This document shows positions 36,515 through 47,135 of a stretch of DNA of 64,000 nt, in pieces. Position 1 is the first letter of the stretch. Each line of letters starts with the position of its first letter. The notes under the pieces were generated by a model. The model worked only from the letters and a program-made list of their open reading frames with translations. It had not been told where the DNA came from and searched no databases. Both the position numbers and the translations under genes were made by a program. Source of the stretch: Lama guanicoe (lineage: Eukaryota); the NCBI GenBank assembly GCA_013239625.1, contig MU054338.1, forward strand, positions 3,123,371 through 3,187,370. Direction: 5' to 3'.

Positions 36515-38290
36515 TTCACTTACTGAGCGCCTACTGTGTGCCAGGCATAGGATCCAGCCATGAAGTCAGACGGAACTTGCATCCTCAAAAAGAGGGCCAA
36601 TAACAATGAGTGCAATGAATAAGTGATTTCTATTCATCCCAAAGTGCTAAGTGTTATGGAAAAATAGGGCAGAATCAGGGAGCTTGTTGCAATTGTAAAT
36701 GAATTTTAAATGCGGTGCTCAGAGAGCCTCCATTGAGAGACTGACATTTGAGCAAAGATCCAGAGGAGGGGAGGAAGGGAGCTATGGAGGAATCTATGGA
36801 GGAATCTGGAGGAAAGACACACCAGGCAGCGTGCACAACACATGCAAAGGCCCCAGGGCAGGACTGTGCCTGGTACGTTGGAAGGACAGCAAGGCGGCCT
36901 GTAAGGAAGCAGAGTGAGCGAGGGAGAGGGAAGGAGGAAGGGAGGGAGGAAGGGAGGGCAAGGAGGGGATGGGGCAGGGCCTTGTGGGCAGTGGGGAGAA
37001 CTTAGGCTTTTACCCTAATGGGAAGTGGGAGCCCTGGAGGGCTGTGGACAGAAGAGGGGCGGGGCCTGACTCAGGTGCGGGGAGGACAGTCTGTGGTTGG
37101 GGGCAAGAGTGGGAGTCTGAGTCAGGGAGCAAGTGACCTCGCTGGTCCAGGTGGGGGCAGAAGAGGGGAGAGAAGTAGGTGGATTCTGGACGGATTTTTG
37201 AAAGCAGAAGCAGGAGGAGTGGCTGACAGATCAGTGGAGGGTGACTCCCAGATTCTAGCTGAGCAACTGCAAGGACGGAGCTTCCAGCAGCCAGGATGAG
37301 ACGTGGGAGGAGCAGGTTTGGGGAGATGGTCAGACACAGCGTGGTGGTGTGGAGTGTGAGACCCCCGTAAGCCCCTGCTCCACGCAGAGACATCAAGGGG
37401 CAGCTGGACACCGCGCCTGGAGCTCAGGAGAGGCCTGGGCTGGAGACAGGACTGTGGGTATCATCAGGGCATAGACCAGGTTGGAGCCCTGAGAGTGGAC
37501 GAGGCCGCAGGGAAGGAGCGGGGTTGGAGGAGGAGAGAGGCGCAAGGGGTCCAGGAGAGGCAGGAGGGAGGGTGGGGGCGTATGGGGCCTGGGGAACTTG
37601 TGAGGACAGTGTTTTTAGGAGGAGGGGGAGGAGGACAAAAAAGTGACCACTGGACTTAACAAGTCAAATGTACCAATGACCTTGACCAGGGTAGTTTCTG
37701 CGGGCTCGGGGGAAGGAGGTCTGATGAGATAATTAGACGGGGTTGAAAGGGTGCGTTTTCCGGAGGACTTTGTAAACCCTGGAGCAAGCCCTGCAGGAAA
37801 ACCCCACCCTGGCCCCTCTCCGAGCTGACCCCCTCTTCCAGAAGGCCCTTTATTTGCATAGGCAGAAGAGTCAGGAGGTGCCGCTGGGCAGCCTGCAGAA
37901 ACTTCCTCCTTCTGTGTCCACTGGACTTCCAGGTTTCTGAGAAGGCCCCGCCTGGCCAGGGTCTGGGTCATGGTAACCCTGGACTCCTACCCAGCCCAAG
38001 CTGCAGCCGCGCATGTGCTGTGTGATGCTGGGCAAAGCACTTCCCTCTCTGGGCCTTGAGAGCCAGAGAACATTTGTAAAAGATCTAAACATGTCAGAAA
38101 GACATCATTCTAAGCAAGGATAGAGCTACTGACCTCTGTAAAGAAATCATTTGTTATTTATTCAAGTTTCAGATTTTTAATTTTTCAAAAAATTTCCCCC
38201 TATTTTTCTTTACAGCTGTTTGGCCCAGAGGGGACATGGGACTTCCCCAGGAAACACCCTAGGCCCACAGGGCCACGTGAGCCAGGCTGG

Positions 38291-38324
38291 CCTCCCACCT
38301 GGTGGCAGCCACCAGGGGGCGCTG
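38291..38324. promoter_or_regulatory. Back-to-back CTCF motifs
   Basis: GCCACCAGGGGGCGCTG (+, 38308-38324) abutting TGCCACCAGGTGGGAGG (-, 38291-38307). Confidence 0.75.
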
Positions 38325-39257
38325 GGGCAGCTGAAATTGTGTCTGAGCCCCAACTCCAGAGAACGGTGGCCTGTCTGAAGGTGCCCTGCCCTACGTGGTC
38401 TCCATTCCAGGCCTTTGCCCATGCTGTGCCCATCCCCAGGGACACTTTCCCCTGCTGATGGCTCATTCCGACTTAGGCCTCAGGTGTCAGCTTACTTCCT
38501 CTTTCCAGAAGACTCTCTTAATCCCCCCAGGCTGGTCAAGGTTCCCCTTTGGGCCTCCTCAGCCCCTGTACACTTCATTACAGGCCTGATGGCCTCATAA
38601 CTGTCTCTGGCATTGGACCATGAGCCCTGAGAAGCCAGAATGGGGGTGTCTCGGGTCACCTGAAGAGGCGAGCACTCGGTCATCACTGTCTCCCCAGGGC
38701 CTGCACACAGTAGGAGCTCAATAAATGTTGGTTGGCTAAATGGCTGGAGGAATCCACATCCTCTCCACTCACTGCCCAGTGAGCTCCATGAGGACAGGGA
38801 CTAGGTCTGTGGGCCCAGCGCACAGCATGTAGGCGCATACAGTAGGTGCTCACTACTTGTTTGTCAAAAGGATTCACTTATCATGCTTCTTCATTTGATG
38901 ACTTGTTCGCGGTTCCTTTCCCTCTGCCTCTGCCTCTGATTGGAAAGAGAGCAGGGGAACAGGTCATCTGTCTTAGAACCCCTACTGCGCCCACATCTGG
39001 GACAATCCTGGCACACAGTAGGAGCTCAATAAATGTTGGTCAGCTGAACAAATGGCCTGTTCCCCGCCACTGTCCGGTGAGTGGCAGCTGACTCAAGCCT
39101 CAGTGATCTGAAATCATGCTTCCACAACCCCACCCCTCCCCACTCCACTGCACCCCAACAGGGAATCCTACCTCCCCAGGTTTCACTTCACGGCGGGGAG
39201 GCCCAGAGCGGAGCCCTGACAAAACCTGAGTCAGCAACTGAAACAGCAAGTGATGCC

Positions 39258-39327
39258 CGTCGGCCTGGGTGACTCACACTCGGCCGCCCCTGCACGTCGG
39301 CCTGGGTGACTCACACTCGGCCCGCCC
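39258..39327. repeat. 37-bp tandem duplication containing an AP-1 site
   Basis: CGTCGGCCTGGGTGACTCACACTCGGCC starts at 39258 and again at 39295. Confidence 0.9.
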
Positions 39328-40286
39328 TTTGGGGTGGCTAATGGTGGAGGGAAGGCCATGGCAAGTCAATGTTCAAATCACATAGTTGGGTGGGAGGAGG
39401 CCTGCAGCTTCCTGGCTCCCTTGGTCCAAATATGGCCTTCCTGGGCCTGCCTTCACCCTCTCCCTTGGAAATCGGGCTACTTAATTGCAATCTTATTTCC
39501 GATCTGGGTGAGTTTGGGAACCAGAATTCACCTCTTCTGGCCTCCATTTTTCCCATCTGTAAAATGAGACCAACAATAGAAGCTTCTACTTAGGGGGTCA
39601 TTTTTGAAGATTAAAATACATTTAGATATTTAAAATCTCCAGAATCGATAAATGGTGAGTGCTCAACAAATATTAATTTTATTCTTATTCTCAAAAGGCC
39701 TGTGACCCAGAGAAAGATGAATCCCCTTCGTGCTGGGCACGCACTTAATGAGCGCTTACACTGTGCCTGGTATTTCAGTGCTATCACACATGATCTGCCA
39801 GCCACCTTGAAACAATGACATCATAAACCCATTTCTCAGATGAGAAAGCAGAGTCTCAGAGAAGTGAAGGCACTTGCTCAAGGTCACGCAGAGCAATCTG
39901 AGCCCAGCCTTGGTAGGAGCATCAAGGCAGATACCCACCCCCCCAAAAAAAGGACTGCAGAAGAATCAGCTAAAATGTACCCCCAGTGTCTTTTCTCTCC
40001 ACCTTCTCTGGCATTAGAACCAACACTTTTGGCAAAGCACATGGCCCATCAGAAGACTACACTTCCCAGCTTCCCTTGCAGCCAGAGATGGACCATGTGA
40101 CTACATCCTGACCAATGAAACAAGAGCAAATGTGCACAACTCTGGCTTATGCTGTTCAACAGGCAGACTGGCTTCTCCCTTCCTGTTCCCTTTTTTGGGC
40201 AATAATAGCCACGTTTTTTATCTTGACAAATGGCAGGGCAGAGGCCTCCCAGAGGACAACGGCGCTGTTGAGATATTCAATAAATA

Positions 40287-40292
40287 TTTATT
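40287..40292 (-). terminator. TICAM1 polyadenylation signal
   Basis: AATAAA on the minus strand ~260 nt after the stop codon. Confidence 0.75.
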
Positions 40293-40551
40293 AGTTAAAA
40301 CACAGAACCAATACCCTTCAGCCCATTCCCCATCACCACCATCCAGAGAGAGAGACAACTTGTAAACCCACATCCAATTCTGGCCATCTCAAGGGCCAGA
40401 AAGTCAAGGGGCCCGTTTTGCACTATTTCCTGAGATCAGAAGGTCTCCCCAGCAGTAACCTTAAAGTAGATGACCCCGTGTTCCAGTGCCCTCCCCTGGA
40501 GAGGGGGGTGGGGAGGGAACATGGCCGAGGGCATCAGGCCCAGTCACTTGG

Positions 40552-42723
40552 TCACTCCGTTTCCGGTGTCGTGTCCTCGGGTGCCTGGGTCCCTCTCTGG
40601 TTCCACATGTGGTTGTTGAGCCCTAGTTGTACCATTTGTGCATGGTGGATGATGAGAGGTTGCAGCCCAGGGCTCTGAGGGTGCACAGGGGAGGCCTGTG
40701 GGAAGTCCGGGGTCGGCGGGAAGGCTGGGGGCTGGGGGCAACCTGAGGACTGTGAGAAGGCCGGGGGCTCGGGGAAAGCTGGGGGCTGTGAGAAGGCAGG
40801 GGGTTGCGGGAAGGCTGGTGGAGGAGTGCCTGACAGCCACGGAGGCAGGGGCGGCGGCTGATGGCCAGGCCAGGTGGGAAAGGGTGGTGGGACTCCCAGG
40901 GGTCCCTGTCCACCAAAGGGCACCTGAGTGCCAGAGGGCAGCTGAGTCCCAAACGGCATGTAGTTCCTGAAAGCTACCTGGAGCTTCTCCATCTGCGTCT
41001 GGTAGGACAGGTAGCTATGGACATAGGATGAGTACGCAGCACTCCACACTGAGGCCTGCTGCCGCTCACCCTCCAGGTGCTGGCTCTGCTCCCTCAGGAC
41101 CCGGATGTCCTGTTCCTTCTTCCACTTGGCCTTGCGGGCCCGCAGCTTCTGGGGCTTGAAGGTGTTGGCCACCTTCCTGGAGAAGATCTGGGAGTGCTCA
41201 TCCAGCCACACCAGGCCGGTGAGCAGGCTGGATGTGCTGGGGCTGAGCTGGGCCTGGGAACTCTCCAGGGGCAGGAAGGGGATCACGCAGTCCTGCCACC
41301 CGTGCCGCGTGAGGCTGCTCATCAGAGACTGGTTCGCCTGGTGCTGGCTCAGGCGGCAGTCGAAGTTAGGGGTGAGAAGCAGGATGGTAAAGGCTGAGTG
41401 GTCTAAGGCATCCTGCAGGCAGCGTAGCTCTCCACGCCCAGGCACCTGGAAGTCCTCGCAGAAGGTGGCCCCGTCCTGCACACCCAGGGCCTCCAGCCTC
41501 TCGCGCACGCGGAGCGCGATGTGCTCGTCCGCGCCTGCGTGCAGCACCACGAAGTTATAGAACTTCTGCTCCGACGACTCCAGCTCGGGAGGAGGGGGAC
41601 CCGGGCTCGAGAAGGTCTCGTGAGCCGAAGGAGGGGTCGATGAGGAAGGAAAGGGAGGGGAGGCTTTGGGGGCTGGTGGAGTTGGTGGGCGTGGCTGGGC
41701 CGTGGGGTAAGTGGTGTCTTCTGGAAGCTGGAGTGGCGTCTGGTCTGTGATAGGGTCGCTTCTGGAGGGCGAGGGGAGAGATGTGGGGGCTTGGGCTTCG
41801 AGCTTTTCCGTGCACTCCACTGGGTAGTGGGTGCTGGTTTCCGGAGCTTCAGGGGAGTCATGCAGGATGGCGGGGCATGCGTCTTCAGCCACCTCGGGAA
41901 GCCTGGGGGCCGGGCTGCTTGGCCGCACCGGGGAGCTGGCAGCCTCCACTGACGGAGGCCAGCTCATCTCCTCGGGCTCCTGGCAGCCCACAGGGGCAGG
42001 CTTGGGCACCAGGCTGGGCTGGGGCTCATCACACAGCTTGCTGGGCCCACGTGGGCCGTGGTGCAAACTGAGGAGGGCCATGGTGGGCGACTGGCTAATT
42101 TCCAAGTTGCTGGCCAGGGAGGCTGGGCTGCCGGTGGATCTCAGGGAATGCCCTCGGCTCCAGCCTGAAAGATCCTCAATGGGCCGTGGATTGCTGCGGG
42201 TCCCGGAGGACGACGCTGAGGACCGCAGGAGGCAGCCCACATCAGCGCGGAGAGCCTGGACGCTCCCCAGGTCCCTAAGGACGTCCCACCCGCACCGGTC
42301 CCGGGCTTCTTCCTGGAGCTCCCCCAGGCGGTGGTCGTCCCTGGCACTGAAAGCTCGGAGGGCTGCCAGGTAGGCCTCCTCCCGCACAGGGGCTGGACAC
42401 AGCTGCTCCTCGGCGAGGTGGTGGTACATCCGGGCAACAGCCCAGGACGTGTCTGGGGGCTCTTCTGGGGCTTCGGTGATGTCCACACCAGCCCACTGGC
42501 GGGCCACCAGCTGGGCCACTGCGTCGGCCTTCAGGGCCTCCAGGGAGATCCTGGCCTCAGTCTCCTGGCCTAGCTTCAGAAGCACCATGGCGTGCAGGAG
42601 GTCTGCCCCGCGGCAGCCTGGCCGCAGAGTTTTCAGCTTGTGCTTAAGATATAGGAGCTTGTCCTGGCCTGCTGCGCCTAGAATGTCGAAGGCGCCAGAG
42701 AGCGAAGGACCCGTGCTGGCCAT
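40552..42723 (-). CDS. TICAM1: TIR-domain adaptor TRIF, 723 aa, single coding exon
   Basis: MASTGPSLSGAFDILG start; pLxIS (NLEIS), TRAF6 motif PEEMSW, TIR domain (FYNFVVLHA...FCEDFQVPG), RHIM (AQMVQLGLNNHM); exon-2 acceptor TTCCTGCTTCACAG|G at 42863/42862. Confidence 0.98.
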   Translation of the reverse strand: MASTGPSLSGAFDILGAAGQDKLLYLKHKLKTLRPGCRGADLLHAMVLLKLGQETEARISLEALKADAVAQLVARQWAGVDITEAPEEPPDTSWAVARMYHHLAEEQLCPAPVREEAYLAALRAFSARDDHRLGELQEEARDRCGWDVLRDLGSVQALRADVGCLLRSSASSSGTRSNPRPIEDLSGWSRGHSLRSTGSPASLASNLEISQSPTMALLSLHHGPRGPSKLCDEPQPSLVPKPAPVGCQEPEEMSWPPSVEAASSPVRPSSPAPRLPEVAEDACPAILHDSPEAPETSTHYPVECTEKLEAQAPTSLPSPSRSDPITDQTPLQLPEDTTYPTAQPRPPTPPAPKASPPFPSSSTPPSAHETFSSPGPPPPELESSEQKFYNFVVLHAGADEHIALRVRERLEALGVQDGATFCEDFQVPGRGELRCLQDALDHSAFTILLLTPNFDCRLSQHQANQSLMSSLTRHGWQDCVIPFLPLESSQAQLSPSTSSLLTGLVWLDEHSQIFSRKVANTFKPQKLRARKAKWKKEQDIRVLREQSQHLEGERQQASVWSAAYSSYVHSYLSYQTQMEKLQVAFRNYMPFGTQLPSGTQVPFGGQGPLGVPPPFPTWPGHQPPPLPPWLSGTPPPAFPQPPAFSQPPAFPEPPAFSQSSGCPQPPAFPPTPDFPQASPVHPQSPGLQPLIIHHAQMVQLGLNNHMWNQRGTQAPEDTTPETE

Positions 42724-43369
42724 GGGCACAGGTGGGTGTGGCCTCCGGCAGGAGAAACAGTGGGTGATGGAGGCATGTTCTGCGCCGACACCTCCCTGCA
42801 CTGCACGCCTGGCGTCCCTACGTGCTCACGGTACCAGGTCCCTTGGGGGCTGCAGAGCAGACCTGTGAAGCAGGAAGGACAAAGTTATCAGCAGAAAGGG
42901 GGCTCTGGGAGGCAGCCCAGACCTCTCCCCCACAACATGCCTTTAAAACCCACCAGACCTATCAAGGTGACCTTGGGCAAGACATTTCACCTCCCCCAAC
43001 CTCCGTTTCCTCCCCTGCAAGAGGACAGCAGCTGACCCCTGTCTGGTTTCACCCAGCAGGTAGCCACTACTACTTCCCCCATTCACAGAAGAAGAAGGCG
43101 AGTCAGAGAGGTGAAGTCACTTGCCCACAGTCACACAGCCAGTGAGTGACAGAGCTGGCATCTGAACCCAAGCAGTCCAGCTCCAGAGGATATGTTACAC
43201 GACTTCACTGCCTATTAGGATGATAAGCAGCCCATTTATGGGATTGTTTCAGGGAACTGAGTTGCGCTAATGTATGGAAGTTCTGAGCCTGATGTCAGAA
43301 AGCCAAGCAGGCACTCAATGCATGTTCTCTCAGGAACAGTCAGCCTCCTAGAAGGCCCCAGTGACCCTG

Positions 43370-43806
43370 GCATTCACAGCCGTGGGCAGTCCTTCACCGC
43401 TGCCTGAGTTGATCTTTGGGATTGACAGTATATGGCAGGAGTGGTGGGGTGTCACTTGGGACATAAGTTTATAAAATAAAGACACCGGCTTCCTTCTTGG
43501 CCACTCTGTCACTCTGGGGGGGAGTACACCATGTTGTGAGAGGCCCTCTGGAGAGATCCAGGGGGGGAGGAATTGAGGCTTCCCACCACTGGCCACATGG
43601 GGGTGCCATCTGGGACTCCAGCCCCAGTTGAGCCTTCTTATGAGACAACCTGACTGCGATCTCATGAGAGACCCTAAGCCAAGACCACTCAGCTCATCTG
43701 CCCCCAGATTCCTGGTGTTCAGAAACTGTAAGATAATAAATGTCTGTTGCTTAGAAGCCACAAAGTTCTGGAGTAATTTGTCATGCAGCAATAGCTGACT
43801 GATACA
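43370..43806 (+). mobile_element. MLT1-type LTR in TICAM1 intron 1
   Basis: Ends with GTAATTTGTCATGCAGCAATAGCTGACTGATACA. Confidence 0.8.
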
Positions 43807-44343
43807 GGTAGCATTACTAATGTGATGAGCTAACCATGACTGAGGGCTGGCTCTATGCTTAACCCTGCTGCCAAGTTTTGCAGGCTACTTCCTCTTCTCT
43901 CCATTTCTTGGAAAATGCCAAGCTGATTCCCACCTGGGTTCTTTGCAGGTGCTGTTCCCTCTGCATGGAGCACCTTATCCCCAGACCTTTGCCTGGATGA
44001 CCTTAAGCTCCTCCTCAGCCCCCAGGTACGATGGCACCACCTTAGGGAGCCCTCCATGACCACCCGGTTCTCCATCCCAGTTTGTCTCTCCCACATCACC
44101 CTGTTCTCCCCACAACAGACTGGCCACTGGGTGAATTTTCCTGTGTGTTAAACGTTTTGCAGTTTCTGTCTGCCTCCGACCACCATGGGCATCAGAGGGT
44201 GCAGGCTGCCTCTCTCCCATGCACCATGGGTTCACAGAACCAGAGCAGGTACTTGACAAATCCTTGTTGAAAGAATGAATCAAAGAATGAATGAGGTCAA
44301 CACTCATATCCTTCCAATATTGTTGAAAAGAAAACAGACAGAT

Positions 44344-44442
44344 GGAGGGGGTGGGGTACAGCTCAGTGGTAGAGCACATGCTTAGCATCCACAAGGTCCT
44401 GGGTTCAATCCCCAGTATTGCCATTTAAAAAAAAAAAAAAAA
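44344..44442 (+). mobile_element. tRNA-derived SINE (short form)
   Basis: Intact A/B-box-like head and polyA. Confidence 0.9.
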
Positions 44443-44678
44443 CAGGCACAGAAAGGTCTTTCCCAAGGGCACAGAACAAAGACAACAGGGAGAGTGTCCC
44501 AAATCCCAAATTTAAGTCCCCAGGTGCTCAAGGTACATAATGTTCAGACCTGGAGAAAGCATCGCCTTACTTCCATTCCAGGGGGCAGAGAACATTTTCT
44601 CTGTCCCTCAGCTAAACAGGGCTGAGTCCCACCACCTGTTCCACACTGGTGCCCACAGTGACACCCCACAGCCTAGAA

Positions 44679-44897
44679 CAAGGCTTCTCAGCTGGGGACA
44701 ACTCTATCCCCCCAGGGAACACTTGGCAACGTCTGGGGACATTTCTGGTTGTCATGAATGCAGGGAAAGATGCTCCTGGAATCCAAGGGGTGGGGACCAG
44801 GATGCTTCTGGACACCCCACAGTGCCCAGGACGGCCCCTCCCAAGAGAATGATCCAGCCCTAAATGTTGCTAAATGCTGACGTTGGGGGACCCTGGT
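44679..44897. mobile_element. MER20-like hAT DNA transposon
   Basis: CCCCCAGGGAACACTTGGCAACGTCTGGGGACATTTCTGGTTGTCA resembles MER20. Confidence 0.7.
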
Positions 44898-46747
44898 CTA
44901 AATCAAGAGCTGACTCATCGATCAACCCCCTCTGCTGCTAAATCACAGCCATCATTTGTCAATGACTCAGCATTTTTAAAAAAATGCATTTTGAGCAGAT
45001 GTCATGTGGCTTAGGGCCAAGGTCACTGAATCCAGGAAGGTGAGATATAGAACAGGGTGAGTCTGGGGGAGTCGACGTCAGAGGGTGGAGGTGTGAGGGG
45101 GACGTGACTGAGCAGAGCAGGGCAGAGCTGAAGTGGCCCAGAAGTGGCGGAGAGAGGCGCTGCTGGCAGAGGAAGGATGAAAGAAGGCAGTCGGCTGTCT
45201 GGCTGTTTCGAAAATGGAAGCAGCCTGACATGTTGAAATCCTGATCGAGAGGAGGAACGAGCAGAGACCCCAAATGGAGCTGACTCCCTACTGTGGGAGA
45301 CAATCAACGAATACAGGGGTGAAATTCACAGCACGTCACAGTAGGGATATCCAGGTACAAATGCCCCAGGGAAAACAAGGAAGGAAGGAGGGTCATGTAC
45401 ACCAATAATTGGGCGTGTGTGTTTGCAGTTTTAAACAGTGTGGTTTAGGAAGGCCTCGATGAGAAGAGATTTCAGCAGGACATAAACGTGGGGAGAGAGT
45501 GACCCCTGAGAACATTAGAGGGAAGAGAGATCCAGGCAGCGGGAACAGCCTGTGCAAAGGCTCTGGGGCAGGACCATGCATGGCATGTTGCAGGCACATC
45601 AGGGAGGTCCGTCTGGAGTAGACTGAGGGGGAGAGAGAGAGGAGGGGAGGACAGGGAAGGGACAAGGGCAGGTCATGCAGGGCCTTGTGGGCCAGGGATG
45701 GGGACTTGAGCTTTACCTGAAAACCTAGAGCCACCCTGACCTGTCCAAATACAGTGGCCTTGACTCATGCATGTTTCCAAGAAGAAGAGCAGGCTCAGTG
45801 GGACCACATCTGCTAATTTTTCAAGTGAAGCCAGAAATGCAAATTTTCAGGAATCTGCTCAGTTGTGCCAAGTTAGCAATCGATTCAAATTTTAAAGAGA
45901 CCTTGTGAGCTTAACACAAAACAAAACAAAAAAAGCGAGCCAATGTACCATCCACAGAGTAAAAACTCTAAACATATTCGTTGCAAATAATAAAGAAGTA
46001 TGTGAGGAGGAGGAAGGGATACACACATTTCATTCATTCATTCATTCATTCAAGAAGTAATTTTCCAGCACCTGCCATGTCTTGGGTACCACTGAACATA
46101 CGACAGAGAGAAGACTAGATCAGAATGCTCTTCCCTCTTGGAGATGACAGTCTAGTGGGTATACAAAGTGTATATTATATATCTCTTAACTGCCACACTG
46201 GCCTTCTCACTATTCTTCAAACTTGCCAGGCACAGTCCTGCCTCAGGGCCTTTGCACTGGCTACTCCTGCTGCCTGGAACACTGTTTCCCTCAAGTAACT
46301 CTATGGCTCACTCCCTACCCTCCTTCAGATTTCCAGTTAAGTCTGCCCCATGACACTCTGCACAACTGGTAGGACAGGGGTCACGAGGACAGCCCACGGG
46401 CAGCCTTAGCAAATAAAGTTTTCCGGGAACACAGGCGCGCTCGCTCACGTGCAGTGGTCCATGACAGCTTTCAGGCTGCAACGGCAGAGCTGAGTGGCTG
46501 CCACAGAGCCTGTGCAGCCCATAAAACTGAAAATGTTCACTCTCTGGTCCTTCCCAGAAAAAAGTTGCCAACACTTAGGCTACGAAACAGGCATATGATT
46601 TTTTTCCCCCGTTCCCTAGTGGGGCAAGCTTGACTTAGATTGCACAGCTAGCGATGGGCAGGACAGCCCTATGGCACCAATGTTTGTAACCCTAGGACCA
46701 AATGCCTGTCTCTCTAGCCCATATAGTTATTACAGGGCATAACTGGC

Positions 46748-47135
46748 TGTTACTGGTTGAACTGGGTCCCCTCCTACATTCAGATGTTGAAGCCCTAACC
46801 TCCAGGACCTCAGGATGTGGCTGTATTTGGGGACGGGGTCTTTACAGAGGTCATTAAAATGCGGTCATGAGTGTGACCCTGATCCAACATGACTGGTGTC
46901 CTTGTAAGAAGAGGAGATCAGGACACAGACACACACAGAGGGGACCATGTGAGGACACGGGGAGAAGATGGCTGTCCACAAGCCAAGGAGAGAGGCCCCA
47001 GAGGGCACCAGCTCCGCCGTGGACTTGACCATGGACTTCCAGCCTCCAGCGCTGGGAGACAATACACTTTTGAAGTTTGAGCCCGCAGCCTGCGGGACTT
47101 TGCCCTGGCCACCCCAGCTCCGCGCAGCCACTAAG
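46748..47135 (+). mobile_element. MLT1A/B-type LTR
   Basis: TGTTACTGGTTGAACTGGGTCCC...GACTGGTGTCCTTGTAAGAAGAGGAGA...GGACTTCCAGCCTCCAG. Confidence 0.85.

Noticed and set aside
42724..42801. 26-aa N-terminal extension of TICAM1 in the ORF track
   Set aside because: Starts at GTG; the conserved start is the ATG at 42723
44344..44442. tRNA gene calls for the SINE heads
   Set aside because: A tails, TSDs, high copy number and degenerate stems identify them as SINEs
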